Shown here piece after piece: positions 24,705-33,065 of a stretch of 37,478 nt of DNA. A program made the position numbers and the translations under genes. The first letter of the stretch is position 1. Every line of letters begins with the position of its first letter. Under the pieces are notes generated by a model. It was not told the origin of the DNA and did no database searches. It worked only from the letters and a program-made list of their open reading frames with translations. The stretch is from a virus, in the IMG/VR virus record IMGVR_UViG_3300045988_123091, positions 1 to 37,478 of that record; one strand, 5' to 3'.

Positions 24705-24959
24705 TTAATTTTCATAAGAAGTTACAGGTCCACTCATCTTTTTCTTTAGATCAATGTACTTACACATGTACCAGTCTGACTTTTCCATGTCTTCTTTTCC
24801 GTTCTTGTTCATCGCTCTGTAACGATATTTCCAAACATTACACAAACAGAAGTGCGATACGATTTCAGGACCAAACACTTCCAACATCTCATCAATACAT
24901 TCATACGAACCACTTTCGTAGTGTTCTGGATGATTGACTACGTCTTTTTCTTTTACCAT
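24705..24959 (-). CDS. DUF3310-like phage protein
   Basis: VNHPEHYESGSYECIDEM...NVWKYRYRAMNKNGKEDMEKSDWYMCKY matches the DUF3310 pattern from memory. Confidence 0.55.
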   Translation of the reverse strand: MVKEKDVVNHPEHYESGSYECIDEMLEVFGPEIVSHFCLCNVWKYRYRAMNKNGKEDMEKSDWYMCKYIDLKKKMSGPVTSYEN

Positions 24960-25339
24960 GGATATCCTCCTTCACTGCTTGTCATTTCTCTTGGCACTTG
25001 ATTTTCATTCTGCTCTTCAGACTTTTTCGGGTCTAAAAACTGCAATGAATCTACCATAACATCACACGTATAAATAGTCTCTCCATTGTTGTTCGTGAAT
25101 CTTCCAGTCTGCAGTCTTCCTTCAATTCCAATCAATGAACCTTTGTTTAAATACTGCAGCATGAGATCGGCTGTCTTGTTCCAGGCAACACAACTAATAA
25201 AGTCTGCATCCGGTTGTCCTTGTCCTGTCACTCGCCTATTAACAGCTAGTGTGAACTTGCATACGCTTGTTCCATTTTGTGTTTTCCTAAGCTCAGGACT
25301 TTTGGTCAATCTGCCGACTAAAACAACTCTGTTTATCAT
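24953..25339 (-). CDS. ssb: Single-stranded DNA-binding protein
   Basis: MINRVVLVGRLTKSPELRKTQNGTSVCKFTLAVNRR...ADFISCVAWNKTADL...GSLIGIEGRLQT, an OB-fold SSB signature. Confidence 0.9.
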   Translation of the reverse strand: MINRVVLVGRLTKSPELRKTQNGTSVCKFTLAVNRRVTGQGQPDADFISCVAWNKTADLMLQYLNKGSLIGIEGRLQTGRFTNNNGETIYTCDVMVDSLQFLDPKKSEEQNENQVPREMTSSEGGYPW

Positions 25340-25444
25340 GCTTTTTCCTCCTTTTTTTCATGTCAAATAACCTTAGAATTATTTTCCTAAAGTCAGACAA
25401 CACTCAGAGCCCTAGAACAAAGGCTCTAAGCATTGTTTTTTAAA

Positions 25445-25666
25445 CTAAAAACTTTGTGAAATTTTCAAGGCCTTATTTTCTTCTTCTAACGCTTCATTTT
25501 CTCTTAATAAATCCCATACGAATCGAGTCGCTTTTTCCCTTTTCTTTAACTTCTTTCTTGGTGGATTTACTCCGATAGAAAATGAACCTTTACTTGTTTT
25601 GGCCATGACATCAAAGATGTAGTTGTACCAATAACTCTTTTCTTCCTGCGTGTATATACTTGTCAT
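25445..25666 (-). CDS. Hypothetical protein
   Basis: ORF coupled to its neighbours. Confidence 0.4.
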   Translation of the reverse strand: MTSIYTQEEKSYWYNYIFDVMAKTSKGSFSIGVNPPRKKLKKREKATRFVWDLLRENEALEEENKALKISQSF

Positions 25667-25863
25667 TTCGTTTCTTCAAACCCAATGTATGAATTATCAT
25701 GAAGATATTTATATGACACTAGCTCATGCTCAACCTTCTGCATTTCATCAATCAATTTCGCGTTCTCGTGTTCTAAATTTTGAACATGATCTGAAACAAT
25801 CAATGAATACAATACAATAGCAGCAGAACCACCTAATATGACTCCAATAATAAATCCTATCAT
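25663..25863 (-). CDS. Small membrane-anchored coiled-coil protein
   Basis: N-terminal TM helix (IGFIIGVILGGSAAIVLYSLIV). Confidence 0.45.
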   Translation of the reverse strand: MIGFIIGVILGGSAAIVLYSLIVSDHVQNLEHENAKLIDEMQKVEHELVSYKYLHDNSYIGFEETK

Positions 25864-26219
25864 TCTTTATCTTTTACAACCTCACTGCACAACATATCAA
25901 TAGCCTTATCTTTGCTAACACACTCATTTAGAAGCTTTTTATAAGCATCGAAATACCATTCTTCTTTTTCTCCATTGAATGTCAGTTCATAATACATTCC
26001 ATCTGGAAGGCTCGTACTGATAATATACTTCCAGTTCTTCAATACTTTGCACTTCCAAACTACATATACTTCTAATTCAGAAACGTATTTATCGTAATCC
26101 TTATCAGATTTGTCTAATCCATTAATCGCATGCTGCTTAACAAGATTGATTGCGACCATGTCTTCCAAACTTGTTACTTGAATTCCTTCAAATAAATTAT
26201 CTAATACATTATTTTCCAT
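25860..26219 (-). CDS. Hypothetical phage protein
   Basis: ORF coupled to its neighbours. Confidence 0.45.
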   Translation of the reverse strand: MENNVLDNLFEGIQVTSLEDMVAINLVKQHAINGLDKSDKDYDKYVSELEVYVVWKCKVLKNWKYIISTSLPDGMYYELTFNGEKEEWYFDAYKKLLNECVSKDKAIDMLCSEVVKDKE

Positions 26220-26772
26220 TTTCTATTACCTCACAATTTTCTAAAATGTCTTCAATCTTTAAATTGAAATCTAGATTCTTGAAATAGCCAACTTCCTGAA
26301 GATTCTTGTATATATCAAAGTCTTTTAGCTTTTTATTTTTGGCCATGTTGTTTGTTCTCAATAAATCATATTCAAATTGAGTCAGTTTATGTTCATTGTA
26401 TCTTTGATGAAGCCATTCAAACTTCTTGTCTTCACACAACCTGTTACACAATTCATCACTGTCGTGTTTTTGGAAACTCTTTGAAAATATACAGTTATCA
26501 CAATCGCCTCCTAAATTATTTACACAACTTTGAATTTCATTATTTCGGACCGCAAAGTTTCTGAAACCACCTAATTCAATAATCTTGTCATGATAATGTT
26601 CTAGATTACTTTCTTTGTTGACCTCTTTGATTTCACAAGAAATATACTCATAAATCTTATTGTATGCATCAACCACACCTTTTGTGTAATTATCTTCTTC
26701 ATATGGAATGACTGACAATATATAATCTAATACTTGCTTCTTTTCATCAGCGTTCATCTTTGGCCACCTCAC
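26209..26772 (-). CDS. Cys-rich hypothetical protein, paralogue 2
   Basis: Shares ...LEHYHDKI...FAVRNNE...C..C.F...EWLHQRYNEHKLTQFEYDLL...GYFKNL...NCEV with the upstream gene. Confidence 0.55.
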   Translation of the reverse strand: MRWPKMNADEKKQVLDYILSVIPYEEDNYTKGVVDAYNKIYEYISCEIKEVNKESNLEHYHDKIIELGGFRNFAVRNNEIQSCVNNLGGDCDNCIFSKSFQKHDSDELCNRLCEDKKFEWLHQRYNEHKLTQFEYDLLRTNNMAKNKKLKDFDIYKNLQEVGYFKNLDFNLKIEDILENCEVIENGK

Positions 26773-27361
26773 AATTATCTATGATGTCATGAATCTTTGT
26801 GAAAGGATTAATGCCATTGAAGTATCCTTTTTCTCTTAGCTTTTTCAATGATTCAACCTCATTCAATAAGCAACATTCTTTGCAGCGGTCAAATGTTTTG
26901 ATTAAATCGTATTCAAATCGACTTAATTTATACTTTCTTTGATATTTCTGGTATAACCATTCGGTTCTCAATATGCTGCATGAAGTGTGGTTACCGAAAA
27001 AAAGACATTCCCTACAAGAACAACATCCGCATGGTACGACTTCTCCATTTCTTATTGCAAAGCAAAATTTTGCATCTCTTATTTCATCTTTGTAATGCTC
27101 GAAATTCGTTTCTTGGCTTTGTTCTGATTCAAGCCAACCCATTTCTTCACATTTTTTTAAAACTGCTTTTGTTACTTGAGCGTCTAATGCTGTTGTACTA
27201 TGAAGAAAACTTTCTGCAATCCATGCCTTATCTTCTAACATAAATGCAATCCTATTCCATTTCTGGTTATTTATATAACTAACTACTGTTTTTTTATTAG
27301 AAGCTATAGTCGTGTCTGAAAACACGTATCCTTCATTTTCTAGCATTTTATCTGCATTCAT
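26747..27361 (-). CDS. Cys-rich hypothetical protein, paralogue 1
   Basis: Shares ...FEHYKDEI...FAIRNGE...CGCCSCRECLF...EWLYQKYQRKYKLSRFEYDLI...GYFNGI...NCEV with the downstream gene. Confidence 0.55.
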   Translation of the reverse strand: MNADKMLENEGYVFSDTTIASNKKTVVSYINNQKWNRIAFMLEDKAWIAESFLHSTTALDAQVTKAVLKKCEEMGWLESEQSQETNFEHYKDEIRDAKFCFAIRNGEVVPCGCCSCRECLFFGNHTSCSILRTEWLYQKYQRKYKLSRFEYDLIKTFDRCKECCLLNEVESLKKLREKGYFNGINPFTKIHDIIDNCEVAKDER

Positions 27362-27723
27362 TTAAATTCACCTCAATCAATAATTCTTCGTCCGCAGTTC
27401 GGACAATAATTAGGACGATACTCATAATGATATTTATCACCTGGAATGCACAAACAAGTGATACATATTCGCGCCTTTAGTATCTGCAATACGATCTATT
27501 TGCAATACATAATCGCCGATTAAATGGCATAAAATTAATTCAATCATTTTTTTCTCCTTACTGTTCACGAAATTTGCGCCAAGCATTAAAAGTAAGAAGT
27601 ACAATTTCAATTATTTTTGGAAGTAATACCAACCACCAAGACCATGTGATTACATTAATTAATTTCAAAATTATAAACGCAATTGTCAGTGCACTTAAAA
27701 ATCCCGTTTTATTTTTCCTCCTG

Positions 27724-28287
27724 TCAAAAAATATTCTTTCTTTTGTTCCATGCTTCTATAGCTGCTTTTTTAGAATGATAAATGTACATACCTATAGAAT
27801 CACCACGGTCCGTCATAACCGGACAATCAATTCCCAGACTACTATCATGAATTATTACATAACCTATTCCACTGTATGGTTCTTCTAAATATGACTCATC
27901 TTTAAAGTTTCCTTCATAATCTGTTAGCTGCAGTCTTGCTTCTCCACCGCAGAATGGACAAGGCTTTAATTTTGTACTGTCTGCTTCAACCTCATCATCT
28001 TGATTTTTTTCTTCTAATTCACGCAATTCTGCATAATTGATTCTTTTCTTTACCGTTACTACCTCATCATCTTGTGGCATTTCATAAACATAAGCCTTTT
28101 TTTCAACCCATGCCTCTTCCTGCAGTATATCCATCACCTTTAAAGCTTTTTCTTCTGTTGAATAAACACCCAATTCGTAATCACATCCGGCAACAACACA
28201 ACACATTAAGCTCATATCTCCATCTTTTAAAATGTGTATTGAGCTAACATTTAACAATGCTTTCTTGCTCTGGCTTCTAATCCACAT
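27724..28287 (-). CDS. Two-domain protein with a C-terminal Lar-family (restriction alleviation) like zinc motif
   Basis: KLKPCPFCGGEARLQ is the hallmark start of Lar-family proteins. The N-terminal roughly 100 aa are unrecognised. Confidence 0.5.
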   Translation of the reverse strand: MWIRSQSKKALLNVSSIHILKDGDMSLMCCVVAGCDYELGVYSTEEKALKVMDILQEEAWVEKKAYVYEMPQDDEVVTVKKRINYAELRELEEKNQDDEVEADSTKLKPCPFCGGEARLQLTDYEGNFKDESYLEEPYSGIGYVIIHDSSLGIDCPVMTDRGDSIGMYIYHSKKAAIEAWNKRKNIF

Positions 28288-28290
28288 AAC

Positions 28291-28806
28291 CTAGTACCCC
28301 TCTTTCAATCTTTGATAGTTGATTTTATTCTTGTCTCCATAAGCTTCATAAACCTGTTCAACTGTAAAACCCAGGTGCTCTGTAATTGCAATTAGCTTAT
28401 GTATTTTATTGAATGGATAATCAACTAAATCACAAAGATAATCTACGTATTTGCTCTCCCCTGTCTTTAGTGATTCTTGACATTTTGCAACATCTCTTGC
28501 CATGCAACGATTAGAGCCTAAACCATCTATACCCCATTCAAAATGATTGCAATAACTTAATACGAAGTGATATACATCAACTAGCTCGCCTAATACTTTT
28601 CCTCTGTCCACTGGCTCTTGAGTCTTCTTCCACCAACACCAGTTGGCTTTTAACTCATGGTTCAATTCACCAACCTCGTCCAGGATTGCTAATTTCAACT
28701 TTTCTCCATCAATCTCAGTCAGCCCATATGCTCCCATGATTGATTTATCCAATCCATCTTGTTTTCTTAACATTTCCCTGATTAATTCAACATCATTTTC
28801 TGTCAT
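28291..28806 (-). CDS. All-alpha dimeric dUTPase / MazG-like NTP pyrophosphohydrolase
   Basis: KLKLAILDEVGELNHELKANWCWWKK...LGELVDVYHFVLSYCNH matches the dUTPase_2 pattern from memory. Confidence 0.6.
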   Translation of the reverse strand: MTENDVELIREMLRKQDGLDKSIMGAYGLTEIDGEKLKLAILDEVGELNHELKANWCWWKKTQEPVDRGKVLGELVDVYHFVLSYCNHFEWGIDGLGSNRCMARDVAKCQESLKTGESKYVDYLCDLVDYPFNKIHKLIAITEHLGFTVEQVYEAYGDKNKINYQRLKEGY

Positions 28807-29324
28807 TCCTCTTTCTCCTTATTGATATATGATAATCGCACTTCTATGAGCTTCATAAATTCTTTGTGAATCAGTTCTATTGGAAAGCCAAATAGCTCAG
28901 ATAGTTGAACTAATCTTCGTAATTTTGCTCTTGGATCATATTGGATAATTTGCAATGCAAATTCAAAAAAAGTATCTGTACACTGTCGATTCATCGAATC
29001 CATATCAAGATATTTTTCCAACATCCAATCACGTATATCTTCAGTCCTTCTTCCTTCTGCACTTCTTAAAACTATTGCCCATAAATCTAAAAAATAATCT
29101 AACACGAAGCTGTCTACTATTACGTATATTGGACTATCTATAAATGCTTGCCCTTCTTTAGTCGTGTATTCTTCGTTGATTATTAATCCAAACAGCCTCA
29201 TCAATGACATATTGTTTTTCAATTGAGTAGGCCGTTTGTGACCATTTTTTATAAAAAATGTTTCGTCCAATTCTTTTTGAGCATCTGCCATTTCTTGAAT
29301 GTATTTAAAATCAAAATCTTCCAT
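28803..29324 (-). CDS. Hypothetical protein, possibly a divergent all-alpha NTP-PPase paralogue
   Basis: Similar size and helical character. N-terminal QEMADAQKELDE resembles the start of the neighbouring gene. Weak evidence. Confidence 0.4.
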   Translation of the reverse strand: MEDFDFKYIQEMADAQKELDETFFIKNGHKRPTQLKNNMSLMRLFGLIINEEYTTKEGQAFIDSPIYVIVDSFVLDYFLDLWAIVLRSAEGRRTEDIRDWMLEKYLDMDSMNRQCTDTFFEFALQIIQYDPRAKLRRLVQLSELFGFPIELIHKEFMKLIEVRLSYINKEKEE

Positions 29325-29661
29325 GTGCTTTTCCCCTTACCCACAGTCCTGTGTATTTATTTTTAAAAGAATCGCGATAATCCGATACGATTCTAATTGC
29401 ACTGTAGTATCCGTCCGCAAACCCTCTTTGATACGTGTATTCTAATTCGAAATCTCTAATGCCTTTTGCTTTTGCATTTCGCTTAATTTCCTTATCAAAG
29501 TCATCCATTAGTAAACCAATTACTTCTTCAGGAGTAGCTTGACATCCAAAGGCTCCGTCTACATCTTCTAATTCCTGCGTGTAGAATGGTTCTTGCTCAC
29601 CATCTTTAAAAAAACTGATTCTTCTATTCGTTATTTTGCTGCGTGATTTATTTGGGTCCAT
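29311..29661 (-). CDS. Hypothetical protein
   Basis: GGAGG RBS before the ATG at 29661. Confidence 0.45.
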   Translation of the reverse strand: MDPNKSRSKITNRRISFFKDGEQEPFYTQELEDVDGAFGCQATPEEVIGLLMDDFDKEIKRNAKAKGIRDFELEYTYQRGFADGYYSAIRIVSDYRDSFKNKYTGLWVRGKAHGRF

Positions 29662-29662
29662 G

Positions 29663-29851
29663 TTATTTCTCAACCTCCATCCACATATGATCATCAATCT
29701 TGTTGTATTTTCTTAACAATCTTAATCTGTATTTCGCATACTTTTTATCGGTAGTATGTCTGCAATTATGTTTTTCGTCCGGATGCATTCTGCTTTCACA
29801 GTAATCGCAACGTTTCCCGTTACATAAATATCCAATTGTTCTATTCTTCAT
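29663..29851 (-). CDS. Small Cys/His-rich (zinc-finger-like) protein
   Basis: CNGKRCDYCESRMHPDEKHNCRH. Confidence 0.45.
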   Translation of the reverse strand: MKNRTIGYLCNGKRCDYCESRMHPDEKHNCRHTTDKKYAKYRLRLLRKYNKIDDHMWMEVEK

Positions 29852-29859
29852 GCAAACCT

Positions 29860-30072
29860 CTACTTTTTGAAAATATTGTGTTTGACCGATGCAATGAACT
29901 CATAAACAAATAAGAATAACTCACAAATAAATTCGAAGATAAAAAAAGCTGGCCACAAAATCGCAATCAATAAGGCAAACCTTTCTGTTTCTGGATGAAC
30001 CTTGTGTGCAGCCGTATATACCATTACTCCGATTCCAAAATAACATAATCCTAAAATAACTTTAAAAATCAT
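29860..30072 (-). CDS. Small two-TM membrane protein
   Basis: Hydrophobicity pattern. Confidence 0.45.
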   Translation of the reverse strand: MIFKVILGLCYFGIGVMVYTAAHKVHPETERFALLIAILWPAFFIFEFICELFLFVYEFIASVKHNIFKK

Positions 30073-30376
30073 AATCTTTCTCCTCCTCTAATTTATGCAA
30101 CATCTTGTTGATGTCTTCTTCTGTAAAATATCCGCTTGGTTCTGCTAGAAAATAGGTTTCGTAATCATCGAACCCAACTAAAGCAGCTTCGAACGGACGT
30201 TCCATATTTCCATATGTGACTATCCTTCCATTGATCAAGTGACAAACAACACTCAATCCTTTGTCTCCGAACCTAAATAGCCATCTGTTAAATTCTTGTG
30301 TTGTTGGACTATCCAAACCATCAACATCATGTGTTTCTAATACAGGTTCGAAATCTGTACGCAATTCAATCTTCAT
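30062..30376 (-). CDS. Hypothetical protein
   Basis: ORF in an operon context. Confidence 0.45.
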   Translation of the reverse strand: MKIELRTDFEPVLETHDVDGLDSPTTQEFNRWLFRFGDKGLSVVCHLINGRIVTYGNMERPFEAALVGFDDYETYFLAEPSGYFTEEDINKMLHKLEEEKDYDF

Positions 30377-30385
30377 ACTGTTCTC

Positions 30386-31246
30386 CTATCTGTACTTCAT
30401 GTTTTCCAACATAGTCTTTTTAGCTTTGTTCGTTGTTCTTGTGTAAAGAGATGTTGTCTGAATTGAATTGTGGCCAAGAATGTCCATCAACTCAGTCAAT
30501 TGTCCTCCTGCATCTAGAAAGTTAATTGCGAACATATGCCTAAATGCATGCGGATGAATCTTAGATTTCTTGATTCCTCGGCATTTGCCTGCAATCTTTT
30601 TCAACCTGGAATAAATCTGTTTATACGTGAGATTGAAAATCATTCCTTCTGTAATCTTCTCTGACCGACAATATCGCAATATCTCACGCTTTAGATCATC
30701 CCTTAAAATCACATCTCTAATCTTTCCTTTGTTCTTGATTGTGATGTAATTTTCTTTAACATTCTTAACTGTGAAATACTTCAGTTCAGATACTCGTATT
30801 CCTGTATACGCAAATATCTTCATAATCAGATACATATCCATCTGGCCACATTGTTTGGCCATGCGACACATTCTTTTAAATTCCGAAGGCTCAATCACTT
30901 CATCCAGTGATGCGACTTGCTGAATTTTTATATTTTTCACAGTCATTTTGGAATAATACGTTCTCACATTTCTGTCTGGATCAACGCCTTGCTCCACCAA
31001 TTCGCAATATTTAATAAAGCGATTCACAATCGCAATATAATTCTTGACTGTGGCCGGAGCATACGATTCTTCCAACATCCTTTTGAAGTCAATGACATCC
31101 AATTTACAAATATCATCGACTTCAAATGAATTTACGAACAAATCTACAACCTGTCGGTAATGAGTCAACGTGTTCTTTGCCTTCTCATTCTCTGTTTCAA
31201 ATGCGATAAAGTCATCGACTCTATCAATCAGAAACTGTTTGTTCAT
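30386..31246 (-). CDS. XerC/D-like tyrosine recombinase (third recombinase in the genome)
   Basis: YTGIRVSEL (Arg), HPHAFRHMFA (H-x-x-R), LGHNSIQTTSLYTRT (His, Tyr). 286 aa, no long arm-binding N-terminus. Confidence 0.8.
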   Translation of the reverse strand: MNKQFLIDRVDDFIAFETENEKAKNTLTHYRQVVDLFVNSFEVDDICKLDVIDFKRMLEESYAPATVKNYIAIVNRFIKYCELVEQGVDPDRNVRTYYSKMTVKNIKIQQVASLDEVIEPSEFKRMCRMAKQCGQMDMYLIMKIFAYTGIRVSELKYFTVKNVKENYITIKNKGKIRDVILRDDLKREILRYCRSEKITEGMIFNLTYKQIYSRLKKIAGKCRGIKKSKIHPHAFRHMFAINFLDAGGQLTELMDILGHNSIQTTSLYTRTTNKAKKTMLENMKYR

Positions 31247-31249
31247 TCA

Positions 31250-31456
31250 TTAGCCTTGAAGGTAAATCCTAGTTGTTCTTGTTGCTTCATCATTAACAAC
31301 CTCCAATACATCTTTTTTTCCAAAGTAACTCTTTGCCTTGGCCAAAGATGAAAAGCTATGAATTCCATTGACCGGTAGCATGATATCCTGGTATTCATTC
31401 ACGACCACGATATCTACTGGTCTAAAATATGTACTTCTCATTTGTCTTAAAATCAT
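31250..31456 (-). CDS. Hypothetical protein
   Basis: ORF coupled to its neighbours. Confidence 0.4.
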   Translation of the reverse strand: MILRQMRSTYFRPVDIVVVNEYQDIMLPVNGIHSFSSLAKAKSYFGKKDVLEVVNDEATRTTRIYLQG

Positions 31457-32712
31457 GATATTAACTCCTTATCTAACTTAAACTTGTTTGCCCATTCACG
31501 AACAAAGCTGAATGCATCATCTGGAGGTACTGCGTTATGATCCGCTCTAAATTGTCGAATCACATTCTTTTTTAGTTCCAATGTATACAATGGAACATCC
31601 GGTTTATCGCTTAATCGAACAAACATAATCTCTGTGCTGCCATTCGATACATGGCTTGCATAAGTCCTGACACAATGATTCAATGCTTCAGACTCCTGCT
31701 TCAATTCTTTGTTGCTTTTAACGGGGCGAATCAAATACTTGTCATTTGAATAGCTCAACTCAACATGCTTTTCATAATTCTCAAGAATGCCTTTTTCAAA
31801 TCTTGCATCATTCATATCTCGCAAAGCTTTATAAGCTGCATCGTGTGCTTCTAGTAAATTTGATGGTGTTAGAACTCTGTAAGATTTCATGTCTGCTCCG
31901 ATTGATTCAGAAAATCTTAAATAATCATCGTAGATAGTTAAATTACGATATTCGAGTTGACTACAGTATTCCAAAACTCTTGGACACATATACTTACGTA
32001 TATACTTAGAGTTGGCTCTTCTTATTTCGAAAAGCTCCTGTTCGTTTGCCCATGGAAATCTTCTGCACAACATAAGTTGTGTGTAATCCATCTTTGGAAG
32101 AAGTGGAACAAACTTACGGTCAATCTTGAATATCTTATCCAGGCTCTTTTGACTTAGATCAAGAACTCGAAGGCTTGTAATGAAATGACTCAAGTTTGCT
32201 TTTACGAGATATTCAATCTTCGGCTCTTTTCGGTATGCACAAACATATTCGAAAAAGTCTAGTCCTGAATGATTCAATTCAGACTGATACTGGCAATACG
32301 GAATATTCAATAGCGTGATCCAGTCTTCGACTGAATACATCTTAATTGGATAAAAATTCCATTTGTTATCCCAAATCCAAAATTCCAATGGACTGTCAAA
32401 GTCAACACGTTTTCCAAACATTCCACTATAGATGTTTCCTAGCAGAAAATTTTTTTCACCTTCCAAATATCTAGCTACTTCTTGAATCTTCAGCTCTACT
32501 GAATTGTTTGAATTTTTGAATAATTGAAAGCCAAATACTCGCTTTAATAGCTTTCCGTAATACATTTCCAGTGTTTCGACAAAATAACTTCGGCTTAAAG
32601 CCTCTTTTGAGAGCTTGTAATCCATCTTTGAAAAAATAAACGCTTCGATTCCTTTTGGCCATGAAAGTTTTTTAGTTCTCAATTTCTCTAAAACAACGCT
32701 TCCTGCTGCCAT
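31453..32712 (-). CDS. PcfJ-like protein
   Basis: C-terminal pattern EALNHCVRTYASHVSNGSTEIMFVRL...PLYTLEL is as I recall for the PcfJ family. Confidence 0.55.
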   Translation of the reverse strand: MAAGSVVLEKLRTKKLSWPKGIEAFIFSKMDYKLSKEALSRSYFVETLEMYYGKLLKRVFGFQLFKNSNNSVELKIQEVARYLEGEKNFLLGNIYSGMFGKRVDFDSPLEFWIWDNKWNFYPIKMYSVEDWITLLNIPYCQYQSELNHSGLDFFEYVCAYRKEPKIEYLVKANLSHFITSLRVLDLSQKSLDKIFKIDRKFVPLLPKMDYTQLMLCRRFPWANEQELFEIRRANSKYIRKYMCPRVLEYCSQLEYRNLTIYDDYLRFSESIGADMKSYRVLTPSNLLEAHDAAYKALRDMNDARFEKGILENYEKHVELSYSNDKYLIRPVKSNKELKQESEALNHCVRTYASHVSNGSTEIMFVRLSDKPDVPLYTLELKKNVIRQFRADHNAVPPDDAFSFVREWANKFKLDKELIS

Positions 32713-33056
32713 TCAGATTCTTCTTTCTTAGGTTTTTTCTTTTTCTCGACACTCTTTTTCACAATATCTTTTGCATACTGTAAAGTCATTCGCTCAGGCT
32801 GTTCTGCATTGTCACAAACCTCTTCTTCATCGTAGTAATGTACGGCCCAACCAAACACTTCTGTGTCACTGATAACCGCACATCCGTTGACTGCTTTTTT
32901 CTTGGCCTGGTTTCTGATATAACTAAACATTTTGTCGATTGACTTGTTTGGATTATTTAACTTTTCCTGCATGTCTTCACGGCCTAACAGATACTCACAA
33001 ATAAGTTTTAAATTTTTATCATTTACGTTCTTACATTCATCCTCAAATTTAGACAT
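32688..33056 (-). CDS. PcfK-like protein (the family that includes AcrIIA9-type anti-CRISPR annotations)
   Basis: About 120 aa, directly upstream of the PcfJ-like gene. Motif ...YIRNQAKKKAVNGCAVISDTEVFGWAVHYYDEEE recalled from PcfK-like proteins. Needs HMM confirmation. Confidence 0.4.
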   Translation of the reverse strand: MSKFEDECKNVNDKNLKLICEYLLGREDMQEKLNNPNKSIDKMFSYIRNQAKKKAVNGCAVISDTEVFGWAVHYYDEEEVCDNAEQPERMTLQYAKDIVKKSVEKKKKPKKEESEWQQEALF

Positions 33057-33065
33057 ACGAACCTC

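Noticed and set aside
27574-27888. 104-aa plus-strand ORF
   Set aside because: It overlaps the Lar-like gene and the small minus-strand frames, has no RBS, and has low-complexity composition.
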